A stretch of 64,000 bases of DNA from an uncultured cyanobacterium (GTDB taxonomy: Bacteria; Cyanobacteriota; Cyanobacteriia; Cyanobacteriales; Nostocaceae): positions 3,840,001-3,904,000 of the forward strand of contig OY970166.1 in the NCBI GenBank assembly GCA_963706595.1. Direction: 5' to 3'. Positions 9,178-18,397 of the stretch are shown one piece after another. How positions within the stretch are numbered: position 1 is the first letter of the stretch; the number at the start of each line of letters is the position of its first letter. A model generated the notes under the pieces. That model searched no databases and had not been told where the DNA came from. It worked only from the letters and a program-made list of their open reading frames with translations. The translations under genes and the position numbers were made by a program.

Positions 9178-10200
9178 ATGATTCAATTACGTTATGCCAG
9201 CTTGACTGTTACCACTGCGATCATGGTTGCTCTAAGTGCTTGTAACAGTACACCAACCGCAGAAAATCCATCCACGCCAGCCGCTAATCCCAGTTCCCAA
9301 ACTACAGAAGTTGTCAGCCACGTTGGTCACGGTGGTAAAGCTCAAATTAACATCAACACTGCTATCTTGTCAGAGTTGGATAAATTTGAAGCCAAGTTAG
9401 GTATCCCCGCATTATCGAACAAAATTCAAGCGAACCGTCCCTATGGTAGTCCTGAAGATTTGGTGAGCAAAAAAGTCATCACTCAGGAACAATTTGACCA
9501 AATTAAAGATTCGGTTACTGTTCAGGAAGTAGCACTCACAGGTGAAGCCAAAGATGTGGATTACATGACCAAATTGAGTTTAATGAAAGGGCATCTTTTA
9601 GTAGCAAAAGAACTGCTAGAAAAGAATCAGCCCAAACAAGCGGAACCTCATATTGGACATCCTGTTGAAGAGATATATGTTGATGTAGAAGAGCAACTAA
9701 ATGAGCGTCAAGTTACAGAATTTAAGACAACTTTGGTGAGTTTGCAAAATTTCGTCAAATCTAATCCCAAAGATGCCAAAGTGAACACTGATTTGACCGC
9801 TTCCATGCAAGCAATTGATGGAGCGATCGCCGCTTTACCCGCAGAACAACGCTCAAAACCAAAATTTGTCCTTCAGGTGATCAACGAATTACTAGATGCA
9901 GCGAACGCCGAATATACAGCCGCGATCGCAGATAGCAAAATATCTGAACCAATTGAATATCAAGATTCCCGTGGCTTTGTCGTCTACGCCAATGAACTAT
10001 ATCAAGGGATTGCTAGCCAAGTAGCCACAGAAAACCCCGAAGCAGACGCAGCAATCAAGGCTAGTTTTACTGAATTAAAAGCAGCTTGGCCTAGCGTTAT
10101 TCCACCAGCTACAGCAGCAAAGACACCGGAGGATGTGACTAAGCTGGTGACAACTATTGCGGAAAACTCGCAAAAAATTCTCAAAAAACCCAGTATCTAA
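9178..10200 (+). CDS. Lipoprotein with helix-hairpin-helix (ComEA/PsbU-like) domain and His/Glu-rich helical domain
   Basis: ATG at 9178 with AGGAG upstream; lipobox LSAC; ININTA...RPYGSPEDLV HhH-like segment; GHL, HIGHPVEE and EYQDSRGF motifs. Confidence 0.75.
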   Translation: MIQLRYASLTVTTAIMVALSACNSTPTAENPSTPAANPSSQTTEVVSHVGHGGKAQININTAILSELDKFEAKLGIPALSNKIQANRPYGSPEDLVSKKVITQEQFDQIKDSVTVQEVALTGEAKDVDYMTKLSLMKGHLLVAKELLEKNQPKQAEPHIGHPVEEIYVDVEEQLNERQVTEFKTTLVSLQNFVKSNPKDAKVNTDLTASMQAIDGAIAALPAEQRSKPKFVLQVINELLDAANAEYTAAIADSKISEPIEYQDSRGFVVYANELYQGIASQVATENPEADAAIKASFTELKAAWPSVIPPATAAKTPEDVTKLVTTIAENSQKILKKPSI

Positions 10201-10391
10201 GTCAGGCGATGGGCAAAGCCACGCCCAAGGCGATCGCATTGACTTAATTGGTAGTGCAGAGAGAGGAGTTTAGAATGAATGAGAAGGTAAGGTTATGGAG
10301 TGTAAATAGCTTGGGCTTTTAATACCTGTAGAGACTATACCTCTTAACTCAATACTGATGACTCCCCATTCGTAAATTTAACTAACAACTG

Positions 10392-10826
10392 ATGCAAGAG
10401 CTTGACAACGAAAAAACCATCGATCTACTGAACGCCATCATGGAATTTGAATTAGCGGGAGTAGTACGCTACACCCATTATTCCTTAATGGTAACTGGCC
10501 CTAATCGTATTCCCATCGTAGCTTTTTTCAAAGCACAGGCGAGTGAGTCTCTACTTCATGCCCAACAAGTCGGAGAAATCCTCACCGGTTTAGAGGGGCA
10601 TCCTTCTCTCAAAATCGCCCAAATGGAAGAAACTTACCAGCATACAGTCAAAGATATTTTGGCAGAAAGCTTATCCCATGAAAAGAAAGCGCTGGATTTG
10701 TACAAAAGTCTCTTGGAAACTGTCACCAATGCCAGCATTTATCTAGAAGAATTTGCTCGTGGGATGATTGGCCAAGAAGAGATGCATAATCTCGAACTCA
10801 AAAAGATGCTCCGCGATTTCAGCTAA
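10392..10826 (+). CDS. Bacterioferritin/ferritin-like four-helix protein
   Basis: Ferroxidase-type ligands EFE, ESLLH, HE and EEMH in a 144-aa helical protein. Confidence 0.85.
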   Translation: MQELDNEKTIDLLNAIMEFELAGVVRYTHYSLMVTGPNRIPIVAFFKAQASESLLHAQQVGEILTGLEGHPSLKIAQMEETYQHTVKDILAESLSHEKKALDLYKSLLETVTNASIYLEEFARGMIGQEEMHNLELKKMLRDFS

Positions 10827-10996
10827 TAATTAAGGGAGTAGGGAGGAGAAGAAGCAGGGGAGCAGGGAGCAGGGAGCAGGGGTGAGTTGGAAATTACTTT
10901 ACACGGACGACTGCTTAACAACCTATTCTCTTCTCCCCTGCACCTGCCCCTCTGCCTCTTTCCCACTCCCCATTGCCCATTTCCCATTCCCTAACC

Positions 10997-11965
10997 ATGA
11001 ATTTTAGTACTGCTCTACCTACTTTTGTAATTACACTCCGAGAAGGAGTAGAAGCTGCCCTCGTTGTGGGCATTGTGCTAGCGTTGTTGAAAAAAGCCAA
11101 CCAATCCCGACTCAACCCTTGGGTATATGCTGGTGTCGGTGTTGGCATTGTGATTAGTGCCTTGATAGGTGTGTTATTTAGTTGGTTAATTCAAGCACTA
11201 GGGGCGGTAAATCCTCAATACACCTCAGTCGTTGAGCCAATGCTAGAGGCTGTGTTTAGCGTTGTCGCGATCGCTATGCTCAGTTGGATGCTAATCTGGA
11301 TGACGAAACAAGCCAGATTCATGAAAGCGCAAGTTGAAGGAGCCGTCACAGAAGCGCTAACACAAAATTCCAATGCAGGTTGGGGCGTGTTTAGTTTAAT
11401 TTTGATCGCCGTTGTCCGTGAAGGTTTTGAAACTGTTCTATTTATTGCTGCGAATTTTCAACAGGGATTAGTACCGGCTTTAGGTGCGATTGGCGGTTTA
11501 GCAGGGGCGGCTGCGATTGGAGTCTTACTATTTAAATGGGGTGTCAAAATCAATATTCGCCAGTTTTTCCAAGTGATGGGCGTTTTATTGGTGTTGATAG
11601 TTTCCGGCTTAGTAGTTTCCGCCTTGAAGCATTTTGATGAAGGTTTGGCTAACCTTGCCCTTAGCAGTCGTGCCTCAGAAAGTATCTGTTTCTATTACGA
11701 ACACTTTACTAAAGTCAAATCTTGCATATTGGGGCCAATGGTGTGGAATACTCACACAATATTACCAGATGAACAATTCCCCGGTATTATCCTCAAATCC
11801 TTGTTTGGCTACAGAGAACATCTGTATCTAGTACAGGCAATCGCTTATGTTGTATTTTTAGCCACTGTCGGAGGGATCTATTTCCGCAGTCTAACTCGTG
11901 GTGCTGTTAAAAATGCCAAGAATAATTCAGTCAATCGAAAACCCATGAGTTCTGCAAAGGAATAA
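10997..11965 (+). CDS. FTR1/EfeU family iron permease
   Basis: Two RExxE motifs (REGVE, REGFE) and about 7 TM helices; ATG at 10997. Confidence 0.92.
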   Translation: MNFSTALPTFVITLREGVEAALVVGIVLALLKKANQSRLNPWVYAGVGVGIVISALIGVLFSWLIQALGAVNPQYTSVVEPMLEAVFSVVAIAMLSWMLIWMTKQARFMKAQVEGAVTEALTQNSNAGWGVFSLILIAVVREGFETVLFIAANFQQGLVPALGAIGGLAGAAAIGVLLFKWGVKINIRQFFQVMGVLLVLIVSGLVVSALKHFDEGLANLALSSRASESICFYYEHFTKVKSCILGPMVWNTHTILPDEQFPGIILKSLFGYREHLYLVQAIAYVVFLATVGGIYFRSLTRGAVKNAKNNSVNRKPMSSAKE

Positions 11966-12194
11966 ACATAAAAAATGCGAGTAAAGACACAAGCCAAAAT
12001 TACATTAGGAACTTATGACTTTGCTACTCGCTAAAATCTATACAAGGTTGATGGAAAAAAAGCTATAAGTAAGTATACAGTAATAATGCGAAAATTATTG
12101 TTTTATAGATAACAAATCCTATTTTGGTCAATCAATTGACAGTCAAATTTTTGACTCCCATATTTTGGCTTTATTGGTACCGAGAGTCATATTT

Positions 12195-12797
12195 TTATTT
12201 GATCAAAGCCAAGTCTTCTGGTGTATTACAGTTAAATAACATCTCTGATGCTGGTAAAGACAAAACCTGTATAGGATGCTGATTCAGCCACTGCTGGAAT
12301 GACCGCCCGCCTTGATGGATAAATTCTAAAAGTTGCGGTAAACAGCGACGGCGATAAAAACCACATAGAGGTTCCCAGCCTTTAGTATGATGAACCAAAG
12401 TGGCGATCGCTTGATCCCCCACACTATCAAGTTCATTCACCCATGCTTGCAACACCTCCACCCGCAACCGAGGCAAATCACAAGCCAGTAACAATACCCA
12501 ATCTGTTTGTACCTGTGCCAACCCTTGGGCAAATCCTACCAGTGGGCCGTGGTCAGATGAGGCAGACAAAGGTACTTCCCGAATAAATTGACAACTAGAT
12601 AATACTAAGTGCTGATAGCGTTCTGGCCAGGGAGTGACGACATAAACATTATCTGTACAACCTGCGGCAACACCACAAACTAACTGTAACAAAGGCATCC
12701 CGCCAATAGAAATCAAGGCTTTATCCTCACCCATGCGAGAACTCTTTCCACCAGCTAAAACAATAGCGCTGAGTAACTGATTATGATTTATACCCAT
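12195..12797 (-). CDS. mobA: Molybdenum cofactor guanylyltransferase
   Basis: LAGGKSSRMGEDKAL, GPLVG, LACDLP and FNCNTPEDL motifs. Confidence 0.92.
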   Translation of the reverse strand: MGINHNQLLSAIVLAGGKSSRMGEDKALISIGGMPLLQLVCGVAAGCTDNVYVVTPWPERYQHLVLSSCQFIREVPLSASSDHGPLVGFAQGLAQVQTDWVLLLACDLPRLRVEVLQAWVNELDSVGDQAIATLVHHTKGWEPLCGFYRRRCLPQLLEFIHQGGRSFQQWLNQHPIQVLSLPASEMLFNCNTPEDLALIK

Positions 12798-12865
12798 TTT
12801 TTTACATAATCACCGTCTAATTACTGGTTAACTCCGTATGCTTTGGCTCCCCTCCTCGCTTGCGG

Positions 12866-14458
12866 CTATCCATTACCCGCATCTTTCTTAACAATCAAAC
12901 AAGATACTTAACATAAGCGGAAAAAGCTTGCTAAGTATAGTGTGGAGAGAACAGAATCGGGTAATGGAATCATGGAAAAGTGGGCAGCCAAGGAACTGTC
13001 TGGGGTAGACCTAGGAGACGTTCGTCGAAACAAGCGGTTAATCAAGATAGTAGAGGACTTAGCCGCACAGCCAGATTGTAGCGTACCACAAGCAAGTGGA
13101 AATATGGCAGCAACCAAAGCAGTATATAACTTTTGGAAATCACCATATTTTCCCGCCAGTGAAATTCGTCAAGGGCATATAGACAGCACAATCGAAAGAA
13201 TCAAAGAACATCAAATAGTCTTAGCGATTCAAGACACAACCAACATAGATTTAACAGACCACCCCAAAACGAAAGGAGTGGGTTATCTTGACCATCGTCA
13301 ATCATCAGGATTGAAAGTACATTCAACATTTGCAGCTACAAGTAATGGAGTGCCGTTAGGAATTCTGGAACAGCAGGTATGGGCTAGACCACCCGAAAAT
13401 TTGGGCATAGCGAAAAAACGTCGTCAAAGGGAAACACTTTTAAAAGAAAGTCAGCGCTGGTTAGATGGATTAGATGTGACACAAAATTCTGTCCCATCAG
13501 AGATTCAAGTAGTGACAATAGGGGACTCAGAAGCAGATATATTTGACCTATTTAATCTCAAACGTTCAGAAAATTCCCATTTGTTAATCCGTGGGACTCA
13601 CAACCGCAAAGTTGACCACTGTGCCAAGTATTTACATCAAGCAATCCGCCAAATTGAACCCCATGGAACACTGACAGCAGAGGTCAAACGTAGTCCAGAA
13701 CATAGTGCTAGAAAAGCGATACTCACAATTCGATTCACTAGTGTTGATATCCAAGTCCCATCACATCATATCGGGCGTTCACAGCTAAAACCTGTAAAGT
13801 TACAAGTAATTCTGGCATCAGAAGATCATTCACCACCCGGAATCAATCCTATTAGTTGGTTATTGCTCACCAGCCTTGAGATTCATAACTTACAGGATGC
13901 CGCACGTTGTGTGCAATGGTACACTTATCGTTGGTTGATAGAACGCTATCATTACACTTTAAAAAGTGGGTGTAGAATTGAGCAATTACAATTGTCCACT
14001 GCTGACCGCATCAATATGGCACTAGCCACTTATACTGTTGTCGCTTGGCGTTTGTTATGGCTAACTTACTCCTCACGAGTTCACCCTGATTTACCCTCTA
14101 ATACCGTTTTAGAAACTGATGAATGGCAATCTTTATGTGCCACTGTCAACAAGAATCCCATACCACCAAAAAAACCTCCGTCTTTACGAGAAGCCGTGCG
14201 AATGATTGCCACTCTCGGCGGCTTTCTGGCTCGCAATGGAGATGGTGAGCCGGGAGTTAAAACTATTTGGCGGGGTCTACGGCGATTACACGATATCGCC
14301 GCTACCTGGAAACTTCTCCATCCCGCTTCTCCACTTGATGTTTCTGCTTAAACATCGGCAAACCCTCTCCACAGGCGATCGCGCTGACTTAGAAACTTCT
14401 ATCATCCCTACACAGTCTAGCTTACAGTCATGTTAAGAAAGATGTGGGTAATGGATAG
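12866..14458 (+). mobile_element. Complete IS4-family (IS50/Tn5-like) insertion sequence
   Basis: 28-bp TIRs at 12866-12893 and 14431-14458 (one mismatch); 10-bp TSD tcgcttgcgg at 12856-12865 and 14459-14468. Confidence 0.95.
12942..14351 (+). CDS. IS4 family transposase (Tn5-like)
   Basis: LGDVRRNKRL N-domain; DDE residues in IQDTT and GDSEAD; YRWLIERYHYTLKSG (YREK); LGGFLARNGDGEPG. Confidence 0.95.
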   Translation: MERTESGNGIMEKWAAKELSGVDLGDVRRNKRLIKIVEDLAAQPDCSVPQASGNMAATKAVYNFWKSPYFPASEIRQGHIDSTIERIKEHQIVLAIQDTTNIDLTDHPKTKGVGYLDHRQSSGLKVHSTFAATSNGVPLGILEQQVWARPPENLGIAKKRRQRETLLKESQRWLDGLDVTQNSVPSEIQVVTIGDSEADIFDLFNLKRSENSHLLIRGTHNRKVDHCAKYLHQAIRQIEPHGTLTAEVKRSPEHSARKAILTIRFTSVDIQVPSHHIGRSQLKPVKLQVILASEDHSPPGINPISWLLLTSLEIHNLQDAARCVQWYTYRWLIERYHYTLKSGCRIEQLQLSTADRINMALATYTVVAWRLLWLTYSSRVHPDLPSNTVLETDEWQSLCATVNKNPIPPKKPPSLREAVRMIATLGGFLARNGDGEPGVKTIWRGLRRLHDIAATWKLLHPASPLDVSA

Positions 14459-14520
14459 TCGCTTGCGGGGAGGGGTTGGGGGTGGGGTTCTAGACTGTGG
14501 CAAACATAACTGACTTAATC

Positions 14521-16578
14521 TCAAGCCCTAGTCTGACTTTGCTGCACTTGCTGTAGCAACTGTTCTTCACCTTCAGCCGGTGCAAGACACTGGAAACCTT
14601 GGCAAACTAAACCAACGCTACCCGATGGTAAATCAGACACCACAGCAAACTCCGTCACAGGTAGATACTTAGTCATCAGAGGAATTATCTGCTCAAGCGT
14701 GCTGCGAATCAAAGTAGAATTACGATACCAATCTAAGGCTGTAAACAAACTGGGGCAAGCCTGGGGAGCGCTACGCATCACGCTACTAAAGGCTTTCAGT
14801 CCTTGTTCGGCTAAATCCAAATAATGTAGATTATCCGTGAGTAGGGCAAGACGGACTAAGTTAGCGATCGCCACTCCATTCGCAGATGGTGTAGCATTAT
14901 CTGCATAACTGCGCTCGCGCACAATTAAATCTTGACTAGCATCAGTAGCGGTATTGAAATAGCCACCTAATTCTACACTCCAAAGAAACTCATTGAATTG
15001 ATCTTGCAGTGCGATCGCAGTTTCTAACCAAGATTTTTGTTCTGGTAAACAAGCGTATAAATCCAGTAGCGCCTTAATAAACAAAGCGTAATCTTCAGAC
15101 TGCGCCAACACAGCAGCTTCACCTTGATAATTGAGTCGATGGAAACGCCCATCTACAAACTGATGTTGCAGAATAAAATGTGCGGCTTGTGTAGCCATTT
15201 CCAGATATAAAGGTTGTTGAAACACCGCACCAGCCCTAGCCAACCCAGAAATCATCAAACTATTCCAAGCCACAATCATCTTAGTATCTGTCACCGCCGG
15301 AATCCGCCCAGGCCAACCGCCAGTTTTAGCCTCCTGATTATTCGCAGCAGGCGGAAAAATTTTCAATAATTCTGGCTTCTGACCATAACGCGCCGCAAAC
15401 AACTTACTCAAAGCAACTTCTATCGTTGCGCTCAGTTCCCCCTGATGGCGGCGTTGTAAAACATTTTGTCCTTCAAAATTCCCATTAGGTGTCACCGTAA
15501 ACTGTTGTTGTAATTCCGTTAGTTCCTCTGGCGTTAACAGTTCTTCAAGTTCGCTATAACTCCAGACATAAAAAGCGCCTTCCTCCGGTTCTACATCCGT
15601 CGCGCTAGTAAAACTATCAGCATCTTGAGCCGCATAAAAATAACCTTCTGGAGCCGTCATTTCCCGCCGTAGCCATTCCACAGTCCCAGCCACCGACCTC
15701 ATAAATGCGGGTTCTTTAACTCCATCACTCCATAAATTTGCGAGATACTCCACAATTTGACCATTGTCATAGAGCATCTTTTCAAAGTGAGGCACTGTCC
15801 AAGTGGGATCAACAGTATAGCGATGAAAACCACCACCCAGATGATCATAAATACCCCCTAAAGCTAAATCTAGTCCCCGTTGAGTACAAATTTCTTTGCC
15901 ATCATACTGAGATGGAAATAAAAACCGAGTTCCCCGTAATCCTAATTCTGCATAGGGGATCATCGGAAAGCTATTACCGGACTGACTCGGAGTAATTACG
16001 CCTGTGCTAGTTTCCCAACCTTGGCGAAGCAATTCATTTTCTGCAACTTGATTTGTCGCGCCATCTTGCAATACCGCAGAGGTGAGGAGCGACTCAATAA
16101 TTAATGCTTTACGTTGGCTTAAATCCTCTTTTTCTGTATCGTAGTAGCGGCGCAGCGCTTGCAAAACTTGCAAAAATCCCGGACGACCGTAACGGGGTTC
16201 CACAGGAAAGTAAGTTCCAGCGTAAAACGGCACTAAATCCTCTGGGGATAAAAAGACATTTAAAGGCCAACCACCTTGACCACTCATCATCTGCAAAGCC
16301 TGCATATAGATACTATCGAGGTCTGGTCTTTCTTCCCTATCGACTTTAATCGGTAAAAAATTGGCATTCATATACTCAGCAATAGCTGGGTCTGAGAAAG
16401 CCTCACATTCCATGACAGTACACCAGTGGCAACTGGAATAACCAATAGAGAGAAAAATTGGTTTATTTTGCTCCCTTGCACTTGCAAGAGCTTCGTCACA
16501 CCAAGACCACCAATCAATCGGGTTTTCGGCGTGTTTGCGGAGATAGAGACTCTTAGCTTCAGCAAGGCGATTAGTCAT
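14521..16578 (-). CDS. Thioredoxin-domain protein (YyaL/SSP411/DUF255 family)
   Basis: NRLAEAKSLYLRKHAENP, SIGYSSCHWCTVM, KVDREERPD and PHFEKMLYD motifs. Confidence 0.93.
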   Translation of the reverse strand: MTNRLAEAKSLYLRKHAENPIDWWSWCDEALASAREQNKPIFLSIGYSSCHWCTVMECEAFSDPAIAEYMNANFLPIKVDREERPDLDSIYMQALQMMSGQGGWPLNVFLSPEDLVPFYAGTYFPVEPRYGRPGFLQVLQALRRYYDTEKEDLSQRKALIIESLLTSAVLQDGATNQVAENELLRQGWETSTGVITPSQSGNSFPMIPYAELGLRGTRFLFPSQYDGKEICTQRGLDLALGGIYDHLGGGFHRYTVDPTWTVPHFEKMLYDNGQIVEYLANLWSDGVKEPAFMRSVAGTVEWLRREMTAPEGYFYAAQDADSFTSATDVEPEEGAFYVWSYSELEELLTPEELTELQQQFTVTPNGNFEGQNVLQRRHQGELSATIEVALSKLFAARYGQKPELLKIFPPAANNQEAKTGGWPGRIPAVTDTKMIVAWNSLMISGLARAGAVFQQPLYLEMATQAAHFILQHQFVDGRFHRLNYQGEAAVLAQSEDYALFIKALLDLYACLPEQKSWLETAIALQDQFNEFLWSVELGGYFNTATDASQDLIVRERSYADNATPSANGVAIANLVRLALLTDNLHYLDLAEQGLKAFSSVMRSAPQACPSLFTALDWYRNSTLIRSTLEQIIPLMTKYLPVTEFAVVSDLPSGSVGLVCQGFQCLAPAEGEEQLLQQVQQSQTRA

Positions 16579-16722
16579 AATTCAGATGCAGATAGTTGCC
16601 TTATTTGCTCAGTTTACCTTTTTCTGAGGAGCCTGAGCCTAGAACCATATCTACACAAGCAAAAAACTCAACCAGCGACTTATCCCTTGAGTACCAGACC
16701 AACTAATTTATCAACTAGCTAT

Positions 16723-16878
16723 TCATCGAAAAGATCGTAATAAAAAGCTCACAATTGTGACTCGCGTTTCTGGTGTCGATGAGGTTGTCCTTGTTTGAAT
16801 TCGATAATTGGGGCTAAGACTTGCTATCAGGTGGAGTAAAAAGGTAATTATAGCGGCTTGCACAAGTTTTTCAGGCAT
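16723..16878 (-). CDS. Putative 51-aa small protein with N-terminal hydrophobic helix (below the ORF-track cutoff)
   Basis: Manually translated MPEKLVQAAIITFLLHLIASLSPNYRIQTRTTSSTPETRVTIVSFLLRSFR; AAGGGA SD-like site just upstream. Confidence 0.5.
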   Translation of the reverse strand: MPEKLVQAAIITFLLHLIASLSPNYRIQTRTTSSTPETRVTIVSFLLRSFR

Positions 16879-17615
16879 GGCAGGTATCCCTTCGTTAATA
16901 GCACTTCAAGTAGGAGCGATTTGTGTAAATACACGCCTGACTATTGGTTTACCGGACTTGACAAGGATTAACCGGATAATTGCTCAAAAAGAAGCTAAAA
17001 AAATGTTTAAAAAGTTACCAATAGTTGACATGAATTTACTATAAATACACTTTATCCAGTGGTCTGTATTGATATCCTCCTATCTAGGTTGTAAAATCGA
17101 TGCACAAATTTTTCGGCAAGAAAAGGTCTTGTCGTAGACATCAGCTGTTTATTTTTTAATTTTTTTCCTCCCTGACTACATGGAGATAGGGGATATATTT
17201 CTATAGACGTTGCTTTTCTATCAAAAGTGCCTATGAGGTTTTTTTCATCTGTCCATAGATCAAGAATTAGCAAAAATTTGGGCAAAAACAGCAATCAGCC
17301 CTTAACAGTGATTTTTTTGAACTAACCGCAAAGGCGTGAAACAGAAAGAGAAGAAAGAGTGGGAAAAAATTGCTGAACTGAACTGTATTGGCAGCAATGG
17401 GAGCCAGCTTCGCTGAACGTCCGAACGGGGATCATAGGACTGGGAAAGATCGGCGTAAACTGCACAACCAATTTAAATCAATGAAAAGCCTATGATATAA
17501 GCTTTTTTATTGTGGACTGTGGACTGTGGACTTCACGGCAGTGCTAGCCTTTAGGCACGAGGAGTATCAAGCCGATAAGATAGATATAAAATTAGAATAC
17601 CTACAAGCACGCTGC

Positions 17616-18227
17616 ATGATTCCTATCGTTGTTGAACAATCTGGTCGAGGCGAACGCGCCTTTGATATCTACTCACGACTGTTGCGTGAGCGCATCATAT
17701 TTTTGGGACAACAGGTTGATAACGACATTGCAAATTTGATTGTTGCCCAACTGCTATTCTTGGATGCGGAAGACTCGGAGAAAGACATTTATTTGTATAT
17801 TAATTCTCCCGGCGGTTCGGTAATGGCTGGCATGGGAATTTTTGACACCATGAAGCACATCCGTCCTGATGTCTGTACTATTTGTACTGGACTAGGAGCA
17901 AGTATGGGTGCTTTCCTACTGAGTGCAGGTGCTAAGGGTAAGCGAATGAGTCTGCCCCATTCTCGGATTATGATTCATCAACCCTTGGGTGGCGCTCAGG
18001 GACAGGCGACGGATATTGAAATTCAAGCGCGCGAGATATTATACCACAAGCAGCGGCTAAATGAATATTTAGCTGAACATACTGGTCAACCAATTGAGCG
18101 TATTGCTGAAGATACCGAACGCGATTTCTTTATGTCTCCAGAGGAAGCTAAGGAATATGGCTTAATTGACCAAGTTATTGACCGTCACGCTGCTGGTAGC
18201 CGTCCGGTTGCTGTTCTTAATCAGTAG
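17616..18227 (+). CDS. clpP: ATP-dependent Clp protease proteolytic subunit
   Basis: [34 protein letters not shown] and MIHQP motifs; ATG at 17616. Confidence 0.97.
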   Translation: MIPIVVEQSGRGERAFDIYSRLLRERIIFLGQQVDNDIANLIVAQLLFLDAEDSEKDIYLYINSPGGSVMAGMGIFDTMKHIRPDVCTICTGLGASMGAFLLSAGAKGKRMSLPHSRIMIHQPLGGAQGQATDIEIQAREILYHKQRLNEYLAEHTGQPIERIAEDTERDFFMSPEEAKEYGLIDQVIDRHAAGSRPVAVLNQ

Positions 18228-18235
18228 TGAATAAT

Positions 18236-18305
18236 GGGAGTAGGGAGTAGGGAGTAGGGAGTAGGGAGTAGGGAGTAGGGAGTAGGGAGTAGGGAGTAGG
18301 GAGTA
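18236..18305 (+). repeat. STRR heptamer array (GGGAGTA)x10
   Basis: Perfect tandem array just after the clpP stop codon. Confidence 0.95.
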
Positions 18306-18330
18306 GGGGGAAGAAATTTCTCCATCCCAT

Positions 18331-18393
18331 CCAGTCCCCAGTCCCCAGTCCCCAGTCCCCAGTCCCCAGTCCCCAGTCCCCAGTCCCCAGTCC
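18331..18393 (+). repeat. STRR heptamer array (CCAGTCC)x9, CCCCAGT type
   Basis: Perfect tandem array adjoining the stop codon of the convergent gene. Confidence 0.95.
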
Positions 18394-18397
18394 CTGT

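Noticed and set aside
16808..17294. ORF-track 78-aa and 80-aa ORFs
   Set aside because: TTG starts and no recognisable features; the minus-strand 51-aa ORF has better translation signals.
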